A DNA stretch of 64,000 nt. It comes from Mycobacteriales bacterium (GTDB lineage: Bacteria > Actinomycetota > Actinomycetes > JAFAQI01 > DASSKL01). The stretch's first letter is position 1. The number at the start of each line of letters is the position of its first letter. Below are positions 1-17,520 of the stretch, in pieces. Position numbers and translations under genes: made by a program. The notes under the pieces were generated by a model, which saw only the letters and a list, made by a program, of their open reading frames with translations, was not told the DNA's origin and did not search any database. The stretch is taken from positions 856-64,855 of the forward strand of contig DASSKL010000010.1 in the NCBI GenBank assembly GCA_035690485.1, in the 5' to 3' direction.

Positions 1-376
1 CGGCCCGGTGCAGGGCGGCGAACAGCCAGTCGCCGCTGCGATCACCGGTGAAGATCCGTCCGGTGCGGTTGCCGCCGTGCGCCGCCGGCGCGAGCCCGAC
101 GACCGCGATCCGCGACCGCCGCGGACCGAACCCCGGAATCGGCCGGCCCCAGTAGATCTCCTCGCGGAACGACGCCCGCTTCTCCTCGGCGACCTGCTCG
201 CGCCAGGCCACCAGACGGGGGCACGCGCGGCAGACGGAGACCCGGCCGCTGAGGTGGTCGAGCGTGGGCGCGCTGCCGGCGAGGCGGCGTACGTCGTCGG
301 CGCTGCGCGCCACCGGCGTCGTGGCACTCGCGAGGTCGCCGGGCCAGCCTGATCCGGGAGGTACGCAGCGGCTCAT
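1..376 (-). CDS. Uracil-DNA glycosylase family 4/5 (UdgB-like), N-terminal part; continues beyond the window edge
   Basis: Reverse-strand frame not in the ORF track (no in-window stop) translates cleanly from ATG 376-374 as [11 protein letters not shown]...[76 protein letters not shown]. The [17 protein letters not shown] motif is typical of UDG family 4/5. ATGA start/stop overlap with ppx. Confidence 0.6.
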   Translation of the reverse strand, partial: MSRCVPPGSGWPGDLASATTPVARSADDVRRLAGSAPTLDHLSGRVSVCRACPRLVAWREQVAEEKRASFREEIYWGRPIPGFGPRRSRIAVVGLAPAAHGGNRTGRIFTGDRSGDWLFAALHRA

Positions 377-1311
377 CCGTCGGCCAGCCGGTAGGCGATG
401 CCGTCGAGGATGTCGTGCTCGGAGGCGACGACCCCGTCGCAGCCCAGCCGGTCGATGATCCGGCGCAGCACCAGCGCACCCGCGGCGATGACGTCGACGC
501 GACCCGGATGCATCACCGGGATCGCCGCACGTTGCGCGCGGTCGAGGTAGAGCAGCCGCTCGCTGATGTCGCGCACGCGGTCGGCCGGGATCCGGGCGTG
601 GTGGATGCGCTCCGGGTCGTAGTCCGGCAGTTCGAGCGCGATCGCCGCGACGGTCGTCACCGAGCCGGCCAGACCCACGAGCGTGCGCGCCTCCTCGAAC
701 GGGACCTCCTCCCCGGCAAGCGCGATCGCCGAATCGATGTCGTCGGTGGCGGCCGCCACCTGCGCCGCGGTCGGCGGATCGGCGGCGAAGTGCCGCTCGC
801 TCATCCGCACGCAGCCGATGTCGACCGACCTGGCCGCGTGCACCTCCCCGTCGCCCAGCACGAACTCCGTCGACCCCCCGCCGATGTCGACGACGAGGTA
901 CGGCGGATCGACCGGGCAGCCGGCGAGCTCACGGGTGGCGCCTTCGTAGGACAGCGCCGCCTCGGCCATGCCGGTCACCACCTCCGGGTCGACACCGAGG
1001 ATCTCGCGCACTCCCGTGACGAACTCCTCGCGGTTGGCCGCGTCGCGGGTCGCCGACGTGGCGACCATGCGCACCGGCGGCGATCCGCACCGCTCCAGAT
1101 CGGACGCGAAGGAGCGCAGGGCGGCGAACGTCCGCTCGAGGGCCTCGGCCGCGAACCGGCCGGTGCGGTCGACGCCCTGGCCGAGCCGGACGATCTCCAT
1201 CCGGCGTACGACGTCGACGAGCCGCGCCCCGTCGACGTCGGCGACCAGCAGCCGGACCGAGTTGGTGCCGCAGTCGATGGCGGCGACCCGGCTCACGACA
1301 CCTCCACGCAC
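373..1311 (-). CDS. ppx: Exopolyphosphatase / guanosine pentaphosphate phosphohydrolase (Ppx/GppA family)
   Basis: 312 aa; N-terminal [16 protein letters not shown]...DIGGGSTE, the actin-like ATPase fold of Ppx/GppA. Conserved position downstream of eno-ftsB-DUF501, as in mycobacteria. Confidence 0.85.
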   Translation of the reverse strand: MRGGVVSRVAAIDCGTNSVRLLVADVDGARLVDVVRRMEIVRLGQGVDRTGRFAAEALERTFAALRSFASDLERCGSPPVRMVATSATRDAANREEFVTGVREILGVDPEVVTGMAEAALSYEGATRELAGCPVDPPYLVVDIGGGSTEFVLGDGEVHAARSVDIGCVRMSERHFAADPPTAAQVAAATDDIDSAIALAGEEVPFEEARTLVGLAGSVTTVAAIALELPDYDPERIHHARIPADRVRDISERLLYLDRAQRAAIPVMHPGRVDVIAAGALVLRRIIDRLGCDGVVASEHDILDGIAYRLADG

Positions 1312-1765
1312 GGGCCGCGTGCGCCCCAGTCGGGCAGCAGGTCGAGCACCTCATCGCCGAGCGGGTTGACGCCGCGCCCGGCGGCGAGGGCGTGGGCGGC
1401 GAGCACGTGCAGGCACTTCACCCGGTCGGGCATGCCCCCGGCGCTGACGCCGATGCCGAGCGGCTCGACGGCGTCACGGCGACGCAGGTAGTCGTCGTGG
1501 GCGGCGCGGTACGCGGCCGCGAGGTCGGGATCGGCGTGCAGCCGTCGGCTCATCTCGCGCATGAGCCCGGAGCCCTCCAGCCGGCCGATCGCCGACGAGG
1601 CGCGCGGGCACGACAACCAGTAGAAGGTCGGGAACGGTTCGCCGTCGGGCAGCCGGGGCGCGGTCTCGAGGACGTCGGGCAGCCCGCAGCTGCAGGTGTG
1701 GGCCGCTCCGCGCAGGCCGCGCGGCGGCCGGCCGAGCTGCGCGGTGGCGACCGTCGTCAGGTCGG

Positions 1766-1769
<4 letters not shown>
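1293..1769 (-). CDS. DUF501 family protein (Rv1025-like)
   Basis: Start taken at the internal Met (MTDLTTVATAQLGRPPRG...); 4-nt overlap with the upstream ftsB-like gene; conserved partner of eno/ppx in actinobacteria. Confidence 0.7.
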
Positions 1770-5292
<3,523 letters not shown>

Positions 5293-5296
<4 letters not shown>

Positions 5297-6384
5297 CGGC
5301 CCTCCCAGCGCTGCTGCCACTGCCGCACGTCGAACTCCTTCGGATCGAGCCCGGCGCTGCGGGCCTCCCGCTCGACCTCGGCGAGCCGGTCTCGGAACGC
5401 CCTGGCGCGGCCGCGAAGAGCCGCCTCCGGGTCGACGTCCTGCAGCCGCGCGAGCAGGACTGCGGCCCACAGCAGCTCGCCGACCGTGTCGACGCCGGAC
5501 CGCTCCTCGACGACGGCCGCAGCGGCGCTCACGGCCTGCCCGGGCGTCTCGGCAGCGGCGATCTCCGGCGACAGCAGGCCCGGCGGCAGGCCGAGCTTGG
5601 TCGCCTTGCGCTGCAGGGTGGCGGCGAGGGTCAGCGCCGGCTGCGACATCGCGACGCCGTCGGTCACCGACGTACGCCGCTTCTCCTCGGTCTTGATGAC
5701 GTCCCAGTTGGCGACGACGTCGTCCGCCCCCGCCACCTCCACGTCGGCGAAGACGTGCGGGTGCCGGCGGACCAGCTTGTCGACCAGCCCCGACGCGACG
5801 TCGTCGATCGACCAGGGCCGCTCGGTGTCCTCCTGCGCGACCCGCGCGTGGAAGGCGACCTGTAGCAGCACGTCGCCGAGCTCCTCGCGCAGCGCGTCGC
5901 GGTCCCCCTCCTCGATCGCCTCGAACGCCTCGTAGGCCTCTTCCAGCAGGTAGGGCCCGAGGCTCTCGTGCGTCTGCTGCGCGTCCCAGGGGCAGCCGCC
6001 CGGCGAGCGCAGCCGGTCCATCGTGGTGACGACGTCGAGCAGCCGGGCGCCGGGCAGGTCGAAGGAACCGTCGAGGACCTCGACCTCGAGGCCTGCGTCA
6101 CCCAGCGCCCGCAGCGCGCTCAGCAGGGCGTCGTCGCCCTCCGGCGCGACCAACCAGACGGCGGGCACGGCCCGGGCGCGCTCCCGCAGCTCCCGCGCGG
6201 TGGCCTCGGGTTCGCCGTCGAGGACGTCCACGTCGATGCCGGCGTGCCGGACCGCCTCCAGCTGCGGGTGCTCGGGGTCGCCGGTGAGCGCGACGCCGGT
6301 GCGCAGCGTCTCCCACGCCGGCCAGGACAGCAGCCCGGGCGCCACCCGGGGCGAGGTGGCGAGAAGGACGACACGGTCGGGCAC
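5293..6384 (-). CDS. mazG: Nucleoside triphosphate pyrophosphohydrolase MazG
   Basis: 363 aa; two MazG-like EExxE repeats (YLLEEAYEAFEAIEEGDRDALREELGDVLLQV); conserved position between mfd and eno. Confidence 0.85.
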
Positions 6385-6418
6385 CTGCCCACCATGCCAG
6401 AGCCGGTCGGGCTGCCGG

Positions 6419-7438
6419 TCAGCCGCCGAGCGGGAGAGTCGGCTGGGCCGTCGGCTTCGACTGCAGCGGCTTGGACAGCGTGTCGACGCGGGCGACGACC
6501 TGGTTGGTGTTGGGGTCGTAGCGGCCGAAGCGCGGGTTGATGTGCACGCCGAGCCGCTTGGCGGTCGCGGAGAGCACCTTGGCCTCCAGCGTCGACTGCT
6601 GGTCCTGCAGGTAGGCGCGGCGCAGGTCGGGCTTGGCCTGCGCGAACGTCGTCGTACGCCGCGCGATGACCTTCACCACGTGCCACCCGAACTGGCTGTG
6701 CACCTCGATGATCGATCCGGGCTTGGCCGCGAAGATCGCGTCGGCGAAGGCGGGGACGAACTGCCCGCGCCCGGCGTAGCCGAGCTCGCCGCCGTTAGCC
6801 GCCGAGCCCTGGTCGGTGGAGTACTGCTTGGCCAGCGCGCCGAACGACGCCGGGTCCTTGCGGGCCTCGGCCAGGATCTTGTCGGCGGTCGCCTTGTCCT
6901 TGACCAGGATGTGGGCCGAGCGCACCTGGTCGTAGTCGTCGATGTGCTGCTCGTAGAGCTGGCGCAGCGTGCTGTCGGGCACCTTGACGTCGGCGACCAG
7001 CTTGTCGCCGAGCTTCTGCTGGAGCAGCACGTCCTCGACGAGGCCGCGCAGGTCGCCGGGGGCGAAACCGGACCGCTCCGCCTGCTGCTCGAGCGCCTTC
7101 ATGCCGCCGGCCTGTTGGGCGTAGACCTTCAGCTGCTGGTCGATCTCGCCGTTGGTGACGGTGATGCCGCGCTCCTGGGCGGCGGTGCGCACCACGGCGG
7201 AGCCGACCATCCGGCTGAGCTGGCTGCGCTCGAAGTCGAGCTTGCTGCCGAGCGCCTGGGCCGCCTGCGGGTTTCCCGTGTAGGCGCGGTGGACCATCGA
7301 GGCGAGCTGGTCGACCGAGAACGACGTGTTGCCGACGACGGCCGCCGCGCCGGGGTTCGTGGTGCACCCGGACAGCGCAAGCCCACCGGCGAGGGCCAGG
7401 ACGGCTGCGGCGGTGAGTCGACGGGAGTTGCGGATCAA
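6419..7438 (-). CDS. SurA/PpiC-type peptidyl-prolyl cis-trans isomerase lipoprotein
   Basis: TTG start at 7438 preceded by GAGAGGA; signal peptide with lipobox LALSGC; parvulin domain SAHILVKDKATADKILAEARKDPASFGALAKQYSTDQGSAANGGELGY. Confidence 0.7.
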   Translation of the reverse strand: MIRNSRRLTAAAVLALAGGLALSGCTTNPGAAAVVGNTSFSVDQLASMVHRAYTGNPQAAQALGSKLDFERSQLSRMVGSAVVRTAAQERGITVTNGEIDQQLKVYAQQAGGMKALEQQAERSGFAPGDLRGLVEDVLLQQKLGDKLVADVKVPDSTLRQLYEQHIDDYDQVRSAHILVKDKATADKILAEARKDPASFGALAKQYSTDQGSAANGGELGYAGRGQFVPAFADAIFAAKPGSIIEVHSQFGWHVVKVIARRTTTFAQAKPDLRRAYLQDQQSTLEAKVLSATAKRLGVHINPRFGRYDPNTNQVVARVDTLSKPLQSKPTAQPTLPLGG

Positions 7439-7473
7439 CGAAGGTCCTCTCGGTCCGGCACGTGCACGGTGCG

Positions 7474-11007
<3,534 letters not shown>

Positions 11008-11070
11008 GAGTTGTCCCCAGGATATCGGGCGGATCCGGCGCCCGGATGCCCTGCCTCGGGCCACGAAGGG

Positions 11071-11649
11071 TCAGTCGTTGTAGCGGTTCTGGGCTCGCTC
11101 GAGGCCTTCGGTGAGCAGCGCCTCGACCGCGTCGGCGGCGCGTTCGAGGTGCAGGTCGATGTCCTTGCGCTCGGCGGTCGAGAAGTCGCGCAGCACCCAC
11201 TCGGCCGGGTCCTGCCGGCCCGGCGGACGGCCGATCCCGAAGCGCACCCGGTAGAAGTCGCCGGTGCCCAGTGACGCGCGCAGTGACCGCAGGCCGTTGT
11301 GGCCGTTGTCGCCGCCGGCGTACTTCAGCCGCAGCGTGCCGTAGGGCAGGTCGAGCTCGTCGTGGACGACGGCCAGCCGATCGGGAGGGATCTTGTAGAA
11401 GTCGCGGAGCGCGCAGACCGGGCCGCCCGAGTCGTTCATGTAGGACAGCGGCTTGGCGAGCACCACGCGGCTGCCGCCGATGCGGTCCTCGAGGACCTCC
11501 GCGCGGCCGCGGTGCACCTTGAACCTGCCGGCGAGCCGCTCGGCGAGGACGTCGAGCACGAGGAAGCCGGCGTTGTGCCGGTTGGCGACATGGCGCGGGC
11601 CCGGGTTGCCGAGGCCGACGACCAGCCAGGCGCCCTCCGATTCGGGCAC
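11071..11649 (-). CDS. pth: Peptidyl-tRNA hydrolase
   Basis: 192 aa; [12 protein letters not shown]...NRHNAGF signature. Confidence 0.95.
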   Translation of the reverse strand: MPESEGAWLVVGLGNPGPRHVANRHNAGFLVLDVLAERLAGRFKVHRGRAEVLEDRIGGSRVVLAKPLSYMNDSGGPVCALRDFYKIPPDRLAVVHDELDLPYGTLRLKYAGGDNGHNGLRSLRASLGTGDFYRVRFGIGRPPGRQDPAEWVLRDFSTAERKDIDLHLERAADAVEALLTEGLERAQNRYND

Positions 11650-11658
11650 CGGGAGGGC

Positions 11659-12393
11659 TTACTCGGCGGGAGTCTGCTCGGGCGACGGTCCGCCCTCGCC
11701 GGACTGCGTGTCGGGCACGACGTCGCCCTCGCCGGTCGCGGCCTCGCTCTCGGCCTCGGCCTTGGCCGCCTCCTGTGCGGCAGCACCGGCCTCGCCCGCG
11801 CCGAGCTCGGCCTCGGCCTGCGCGAGCTCCGCGTCGATCTGGGCCGCAGTGGGGGCCTGGGCGATGTGGATGATCGTCGCCTCGGGGTCGGTCTTGAGCT
11901 CCGCGCCCTCCGGCAGCTTCAGGTCGCCGGCATGCACGGACTGGCCGACCTCGAGCACGCTGATGTCGAGGTGGATCGGCTGCGGGATGCTGGTGGCCTC
12001 GACCTCGAGGCTGACGGTGGTCAGTTGCACGTCGAGCAGCCCGTCGCTCGGCGCCTCGCCCTCGGCGACGACCGGGACGTCGACGGTGACCCGTTCGCCA
12101 CGGCGGACGAGCAGCAGGTCGACGTGGGCGACGGCGCCACGCAGCGGGTCACGCTGGATCGCCTTGGCCAGCGCGAGCTCGGACGCCCCGTCGATCTGCA
12201 GGTCGAGAAGGACGTTCGCGCCCGCCTCCGTCCGCAGCGCGTGCTCGAAGTCGCGCGCCGGCAGCGCGATGTGCCGCGGGTCCTCGCCGTGGCCGTAGAG
12301 GACGGCGGGCACCTTGCCGGCCCGACGGGTGCGCCGGGCGGCACCTTTGCCGAACTCGGTGCGCGGTTCGGCGGCGATGCGGACCTCGGACAC
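11659..12393 (-). CDS. rplY: 50S ribosomal protein L25 / general stress protein Ctc
   Basis: 244 aa; L25/Ctc N-terminal domain followed by an acidic Ala/Glu-rich tail; conserved pth-rplY pair. Confidence 0.9.
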   Translation of the reverse strand: MSEVRIAAEPRTEFGKGAARRTRRAGKVPAVLYGHGEDPRHIALPARDFEHALRTEAGANVLLDLQIDGASELALAKAIQRDPLRGAVAHVDLLLVRRGERVTVDVPVVAEGEAPSDGLLDVQLTTVSLEVEATSIPQPIHLDISVLEVGQSVHAGDLKLPEGAELKTDPEATIIHIAQAPTAAQIDAELAQAEAELGAGEAGAAAQEAAKAEAESEAATGEGDVVPDTQSGEGGPSPEQTPAE

Positions 12394-12476
12394 GGCGGGA
12401 CTCCTCGAAACGACGTACGACGTGAATGCTCACGGTGCACGAGCGGCCCGCGGCGCGAGTTGCCAGTCTAAGCCGG

Positions 12477-13457
12477 TCAGGCGTTGCCGTCGAAGAGGGA
12501 GGTGACCGAGCCGTCGGCGAAGACCTCGCTGATCGCCCGGGCGACGAGCGGCGCGATCGAGACGACGGTCAGCTTGTCGAACTGCTTCTCCGGCCCGATC
12601 GGCAGCGTGTTGGTGAGCACGACCTCGCAGATCCGGCTGTTCTTCAACCGGTCGATGGCCGGCTCCGACAGGATCCCGTGCGTCGCGGCGACGATCACCG
12701 ACTCGGCACCGTCGGCGAACAAGGTCTCGGCCGCCTTCGTGATGGTGCCGGCGGTGTCGATCATGTCGTCGACCAGGATGCAGGTGCGGCCCTGCACCTC
12801 GCCGACCACGCGGTTGGCGACGACCGAGTTGGCGACCGTGATGTCGCGGGTCTTGTGGATGAACGCCAGCGGGGTGCCGCCCAGGCGCTCGGTCCAGCGC
12901 TCGGCGACCCGCACCCGGCCGGAGTCCGGCGAGACGACGGTCACGCGGCTGAGGTCGTAGTTCTCCGAGATGTGCTTCGCGAGCAGGGGCAGCGCGAACA
13001 GGTGGTCGACCGGCCCGTCGAAGAAGCCCTGGATCTGGCTGGTGTGCAGGTCGACGGTGAGGACCCGGTTCGCACCGGCGGTCCTGTAGAGGTCGGCGAC
13101 GAGCCGGGCGGTGATGGGCTCGCGGCCACGACTCTTCTTGTCCTGGCGGGCGTAGGGGTAGTAGGGGACGACGACCGTGATGCGCTTGGCCGAGCCCCGC
13201 TTCAGGGCGTCGCACATCACGAGCGTCTCCATGATCCACTCGTTGACCGGCGCCGTCATCGACTGGATGACGAACGCGTCGCAGCCGCGGACCGACTCCT
13301 CGAAGCGGGTGTAGATCTCCCCGTCGGCGAAGTCACGACTGTCGGTCGGGCTCACCGCGATCTCCAGCTCGCGGGCGATCTCCTCGGCCAGCGCAGGGTG
13401 CGCGCGACCGGAGAACAGCATCAGCGTCTTCTCGCCGGTGGTCTTGATGCCGGTCAC
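12477..13457 (-). CDS. prs: Ribose-phosphate pyrophosphokinase
   Basis: 326 aa; PRPP-synthetase motifs ([26 protein letters not shown]). Confidence 0.95.
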   Translation of the reverse strand: MTGIKTTGEKTLMLFSGRAHPALAEEIARELEIAVSPTDSRDFADGEIYTRFEESVRGCDAFVIQSMTAPVNEWIMETLVMCDALKRGSAKRITVVVPYYPYARQDKKSRGREPITARLVADLYRTAGANRVLTVDLHTSQIQGFFDGPVDHLFALPLLAKHISENYDLSRVTVVSPDSGRVRVAERWTERLGGTPLAFIHKTRDITVANSVVANRVVGEVQGRTCILVDDMIDTAGTITKAAETLFADGAESVIVAATHGILSEPAIDRLKNSRICEVVLTNTLPIGPEKQFDKLTVVSIAPLVARAISEVFADGSVTSLFDGNA

Positions 13458-14941
13458 GGCTGGTTCTCCCCTGGAAGTTGGTCGGTCGTGGAAGGGGAAG
13501 GTGCCTCCATTGTGCCGCCCGCACCGGCCCGCCGAGCGGCGGCGGCCGACTTCGTCCCGGCGCGTCGCCGCAGGACCCAGTCCACGACGTTGCGCTGGCG
13601 GGCCCGGGCGACGGCCAGAGCCCCGGGCGGCACCTCGTCGGTGACCACCGAACCCGCCGCGGTGTAGGCGCCGTCACCGACCCGCAGCGGCGCGACGAGC
13701 ATCGTGTCGCTACCGATCCGCACGTCGTCGCCCACCGACGTGTGGTGCTTGTCGACCCCGTCGTAGTTGACGAAGACCGTGGCGCAGCCGATGTTGGAGC
13801 GCTCGCCGATCGTCGCGTCCCCGACGTAGGTCAGGTGCGGCACCTTGGTGTCGTCGCCCACGACGGCGTTCTTCATCTCGACGAAGATGCCCGCCTTGGT
13901 GCGCGCGCCGAGACGGGTGCCCGGGCGCAGGTAGGTCCACGGTCCGACGTCGGCCTGCGGGCCGATGACCGCGCCGACCGCGACGGTGTTGACGACTCGG
14001 GCCTCCTCGCCGACGGCGGTGTCGGTGAGCGTGCAGTTGGGTCCGACGACGGCGCCGTCGGCGAGCGTCGTACGTCCCTTGAGCTGGGTGTTGGGCTCGA
14101 TCGTCACGTCACGGCCGACGGTCACCTCCGCGTCAAGCCAGGTGGTGGCCGGGTCGACGATGGTGGCGCCCGCGCGCATGGCGGCCTCGACGAGACGGTC
14201 GCGCAGCACCCGGCCGGCGTGCGCGAGCTGCACGCGGTCGTTGACGCCGAGCGTCTCGTCGGCATCCGCGACGGTGTGGGCGCCGACCCCACGCCCGTCG
14301 GCGACGAGAATCTCGATGACGTCGGTGAGGTACTGCTCGCCCTGCGCGTTGTCGGTGGTGATGCGCTGCAGCGCGTCGTGCAGCAGCGCGGCGTCGAACG
14401 CGTAGACCGACGTGCCGACCTCGCGGATCCGCCTGGTCTGCTCGTCGGCGTCGCGTTCCTCGACGATTGCCCGCACGCCGCCGGCATCGTCGCGAACCAC
14501 CCGGCCGTAGCCGGTGGGATCCACCAGGTGAGCGGTCAGCAACGTGGCGGCGGCGGCCGACTCGGCGTGCTCGTCCAGCAGAGCCGCGAGGGTCGCGGTC
14601 GTCAGCAGCGGCGCGTCGCCCGGGACGACGACGACGGTCCCGTCGAGCCGCGGCAAGGCGTCGAGGGCAACGCGTACGGCGTGACCGGTGCCGTCCTGGG
14701 ACTCCTGGACCACCGCCGTGGCGGAGGGATCGATCTCCGCGAGGTACTTGTCGACCGCCTCGCGACCGTGGCCGATGACGACCGCGACATGGGGCGCCTG
14801 GAGGGGCGCGACCGCGGCGAGCACGTGCCCGAGCAGCGAACGGCCGCCGATCTCGTGCAGGACCTTGGGGTGAGCGGAGCGCATCCGGGTGCCCTGTCCG
14901 GCGGCGAGGACGACGACCGCGGCGGGCCGGCTCTCGGTCAC
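13454..14941 (-). CDS. glmU: Bifunctional UDP-N-acetylglucosamine pyrophosphorylase / glucosamine-1-phosphate N-acetyltransferase
   Basis: 495 aa; N-terminal LAAGQGTRM nucleotidyltransferase domain plus a C-terminal left-handed beta-helix hexapeptide-repeat domain; 4-nt overlap with prs. Confidence 0.95.
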   Translation of the reverse strand: MTESRPAAVVVLAAGQGTRMRSAHPKVLHEIGGRSLLGHVLAAVAPLQAPHVAVVIGHGREAVDKYLAEIDPSATAVVQESQDGTGHAVRVALDALPRLDGTVVVVPGDAPLLTTATLAALLDEHAESAAAATLLTAHLVDPTGYGRVVRDDAGGVRAIVEERDADEQTRRIREVGTSVYAFDAALLHDALQRITTDNAQGEQYLTDVIEILVADGRGVGAHTVADADETLGVNDRVQLAHAGRVLRDRLVEAAMRAGATIVDPATTWLDAEVTVGRDVTIEPNTQLKGRTTLADGAVVGPNCTLTDTAVGEEARVVNTVAVGAVIGPQADVGPWTYLRPGTRLGARTKAGIFVEMKNAVVGDDTKVPHLTYVGDATIGERSNIGCATVFVNYDGVDKHHTSVGDDVRIGSDTMLVAPLRVGDGAYTAAGSVVTDEVPPGALAVARARQRNVVDWVLRRRAGTKSAAAARRAGAGGTMEAPSPSTTDQLPGENQP

Positions 14942-15010
14942 GCCTCAAGGCTAGCGGTGGGCTCGCCGCCCCGGCACACCCGCGACGGTTGCCCACCACG
15001 CCGAACACGT

Positions 15011-15048
15011 CGGAAAACTGCCAGGCGAGGCTAGGCAGTACCTCGCCT
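15011..15048 (-). terminator. Putative intrinsic terminator downstream of tRNA-Gln
   Basis: Inverted repeat aggcgagg / cctcgcct (15023-15030 and 15041-15048); on the minus strand it is followed by a UUUUCC run (reverse complement of gaaaac at 15013-15018); lies between the tRNA-Gln 3' end and the glmU start. Confidence 0.4.
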
Positions 15049-15081
15049 AAGAAGCAAACGGGGGATCAGCAGAATTGCAAT

Positions 15082-15156
15082 TGGCTGCGCCGTCTGGACT
15101 CGAACCAGAAAACCCGGAGTCAAAGTCCGGTGTGTTGCCAATTACACCACGGCGCA
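15082..15156 (-). tRNA. tRNA-Gln (anticodon UUG)
   Basis: 75-nt cloverleaf read off the reverse complement: 7-bp acceptor stem UGCGCCG/CGGCGCA, anticodon loop CUUUGAC, T-arm UCUGG-UUCGAGU-CCAGA, 3' GCCA. Confidence 0.9.
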
Positions 15157-15198
15157 ATCAACAATTCGTTGGCGATTCCGGTGAATGCTTCGCCAGTC

Positions 15199-15650
15199 TC
15201 AGTATATCGGCTGCGAACGCGACGGCGCCGTAAGGGCGGCAGCAACGCCGACCCACGCTCTCGTCCGTGGGTCATGACGCTTCAGGGAAGTCGCCGTGAA
15301 CGAGGTCAGAGGGTGCCCGACGACATCCGACCAGTAATGCATTGCGGCCTTGGCGTCGGCAGTCTCGTGAATCTGCAGTCGGAACCGCAAACGATCGGAT
15401 TCAACGCCCACCAGCAACAACCAACTGAGAAACGTGGTGACCATCGTCGGGTCGGAGTTGCAGAACGTCACGCGCTCGCGGCGCGAAGTAAGGCTTGTCC
15501 TTGGCTCCCTCCGCCCAGTAGAGCGCGACACCGATCAGGTAGAGCTCTCGTTCGGTCACCTTCCCGACGGATGCGCTGGCCCGAGCCTTCGTCACGAGGC
15601 GCTCGATGTTGCGGCGGCGACGAACAAGGGCCCGGCCCGGCGCAGCGCGC
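15199..15650 (-). pseudogene. Frameshifted, lower-GC hypothetical ORF remnant adjacent to tRNA-Gln (possible relic of a tRNA-targeting mobile element)
   Basis: Two overlapping minus-strand ORFs in different frames (15401..15898 and 15199..15531) that join into one reading ...ELYLIGVALYWAEGAKDKPYFAPR / RERVTFCNSDPTMVTTFLSWLLLVGVESDRLRFRLQIHETADAKAAMHYWSDVVGHP.... Local composition is visibly AT-richer than the flanks. No recognisable family. Confidence 0.3.
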
Positions 15651-15873
15651 GGGCGCGCCCGGCCCGCGGATCTTCGTCGAAGTCCATGAGCTGATCTTCC
15701 GCGAACCCCCCGACACCTGGGGGCATGGCGAGCTGCCCTGTGGGCAAACCGGGCGCAGGGGTTTCGTCGTACATCTCCAGGAGAGCCCACAAGCAGCGCC
15801 ACCCTCTCTCGCCAACCTACGGATGCGTAGGTTACGGTGGCGTAGCCAGCACATCGGTATGCCGAGGAGCAGC

Positions 15874-16854
15874 ATGACCGCACCCACGACCACCGCACCC
15901 GCCCGCCCGAGCCGGCCGACCGCCAACGCGCCCAAGCCGTTGCAGTTCGTGCCGGGCAGCATGACCAAGGCGCGGGTTGAACAGGTGGCGCTGGGGCTGT
16001 TCATCGCGATCCCGGCGCTCGCCGTGGCCGCCGCGGTGCCCGTCGCGTGGGGCTGGGGCCTCGGCTGGCGCGACATCGTGATCGCGATCGTGATGTTCTA
16101 CTTCACCGGCCACGGCATCACGGTCGGCTTCCACCGCTACTTCACCCACGGATCGTTCAAGGCGAAGCGGCCGCTGCGGATCGTGCTCGCCGTCGCCGGC
16201 AGCATGGCCGTGCAGGGCTCGGTCGTCCGCTGGGTCGCCGACCACAGGCGCCACCACGCGTTCAGCGACCGCGACGGCGATCCGCACTCGCCGTGGCGCT
16301 ACGGCGAGAACCTCAAGGGCCTCGCCAAGGGCTTCTGGCACGCCCACATCGGCTGGCTGTTCGACACCGAGCAGACCAACCAGGAGCGCTTCGCACCGGA
16401 CCTCCTCGCCGACAAGGACATCCGCCGGGTCGACCGCGCCTTCCCGACCCTGACCGCCGTCACGCTGCTGCTGCCGCCGCTGGTGGGCGGCCTGTGGTCG
16501 CTGTCGTGGCAGGGCGCGCTGACGGCGTTCTTCTGGGGCAGCCTGGTCCGCGTCGCGGCCCTGCACCACACGACCTGGTCGATCAACTCGATCTGCCACA
16601 TGTGGGGTTCCAAGCCCTTCAAGAGCCGCGACCGCTCGGTCAACGTCTGGTGGCTCGCGCTGCTGTCCATGGGCGAGTCGTGGCACAACCTGCACCACGC
16701 CGAGCCGACCAGCGCCCGGCACGGAGTGAGCCGCGGCCAGATCGACACGAGCGCCGAGCTCATCCGCCTCTTCGAGAAGCTCGGCTGGGCCTACGACGTC
16801 CGCTGGCCGACGCCCGAACGACTGCGCAAGCTGCGGGTCGCCGAGGTCGCGTGA
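15874..16854 (+). CDS. Membrane-bound acyl-CoA (stearoyl-CoA type) desaturase
   Basis: ATG at 15874 preceded by GAGGAG; 326 aa; His-box motifs HRYFTH, HRRHHAF and HNLHHAE with TM segments. Confidence 0.85.
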   Translation: MTAPTTTAPARPSRPTANAPKPLQFVPGSMTKARVEQVALGLFIAIPALAVAAAVPVAWGWGLGWRDIVIAIVMFYFTGHGITVGFHRYFTHGSFKAKRPLRIVLAVAGSMAVQGSVVRWVADHRRHHAFSDRDGDPHSPWRYGENLKGLAKGFWHAHIGWLFDTEQTNQERFAPDLLADKDIRRVDRAFPTLTAVTLLLPPLVGGLWSLSWQGALTAFFWGSLVRVAALHHTTWSINSICHMWGSKPFKSRDRSVNVWWLALLSMGESWHNLHHAEPTSARHGVSRGQIDTSAELIRLFEKLGWAYDVRWPTPERLRKLRVAEVA

Positions 16855-16904
16855 CCGACGGCGCCAGCCAGCCTGTCGAGGGAGCCCGCCCGGTCCGGGT
16901 ACGC

Positions 16905-17498
16905 ATGTCCGGCAAGGAGCGCCGGGAGCAGCTCCTCGAGATCGGCCGCGTGGTCTTCGCCGAGAAGGGCTTCGACGCCGCATCGACCGAGGAGATCGCC
17001 GCCCGCGCCGGCGTCTCGAAGCCGGTCGTCTACGAGCACTTCGGCGGCAAGGAAGGTCTCTACGCCGTCGTCGTCGACCGCGAGATGCAGCGGCTGGCCG
17101 ACCGCATCACCAGCGCGCTGACCGCAGGCCATCCGCGGGAGCTGCTGGAGCAGGCCGCCCTCGCGCTGCTCGGTTACATCGAGGGCGACACCGACGGGTT
17201 CCGCATCCTCGTGCGCGACTCCCCGGTCGCCTCGGAGTCGGGCACGTTCGCCAGCCTCATCAGTGACATCGCCAACCGCGTCGAGCACATCCTGGGCAAC
17301 GAGTTCGCGATGCGCGGCTTCGACCCGGGCCTCGCGCCGATGTACGCCCAGGCGCTCGTCGGCATGGTCGCGCTCACCGGCCAGTGGTGGCTCGACGCGC
17401 GCCAGCCGGGCCGCAACGAGGTCGCCGCCCACCTGGTCAACCTTGCCTGGAACGGCCTGTCGCACCTCGACAAGGCGCCGACGCTGCGTCGACGCTGA
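16905..17498 (+). CDS. TetR family transcriptional regulator (probable regulator of the adjacent desaturase)
   Basis: MSGKERREQLLEIGRVVFAEKGFDAASTEEIAARAGVSKPVVYEHFGGKEGLY is a TetR-type HTH. An alternative GTG start at 16851 would give a GTGA overlap with the desaturase stop. Confidence 0.8.
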   Translation: MSGKERREQLLEIGRVVFAEKGFDAASTEEIAARAGVSKPVVYEHFGGKEGLYAVVVDREMQRLADRITSALTAGHPRELLEQAALALLGYIEGDTDGFRILVRDSPVASESGTFASLISDIANRVEHILGNEFAMRGFDPGLAPMYAQALVGMVALTGQWWLDARQPGRNEVAAHLVNLAWNGLSHLDKAPTLRRR

Positions 17499-17520
17499 CC
17501 CTGCGGGGCAGGTCCCCCGC

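Noticed and set aside
415-1491. 358-aa plus-strand ORF
   Set aside because: Antisense of ppx/DUF501. Open only because of GC-rich third positions.
14989-15873. N-terminal 295 codons of the 621-aa plus-strand ORF
   Set aside because: Runs through tRNA-Gln and the low-GC remnant. The real gene (desaturase) starts at ATG 15874 with a GAGGAG RBS.
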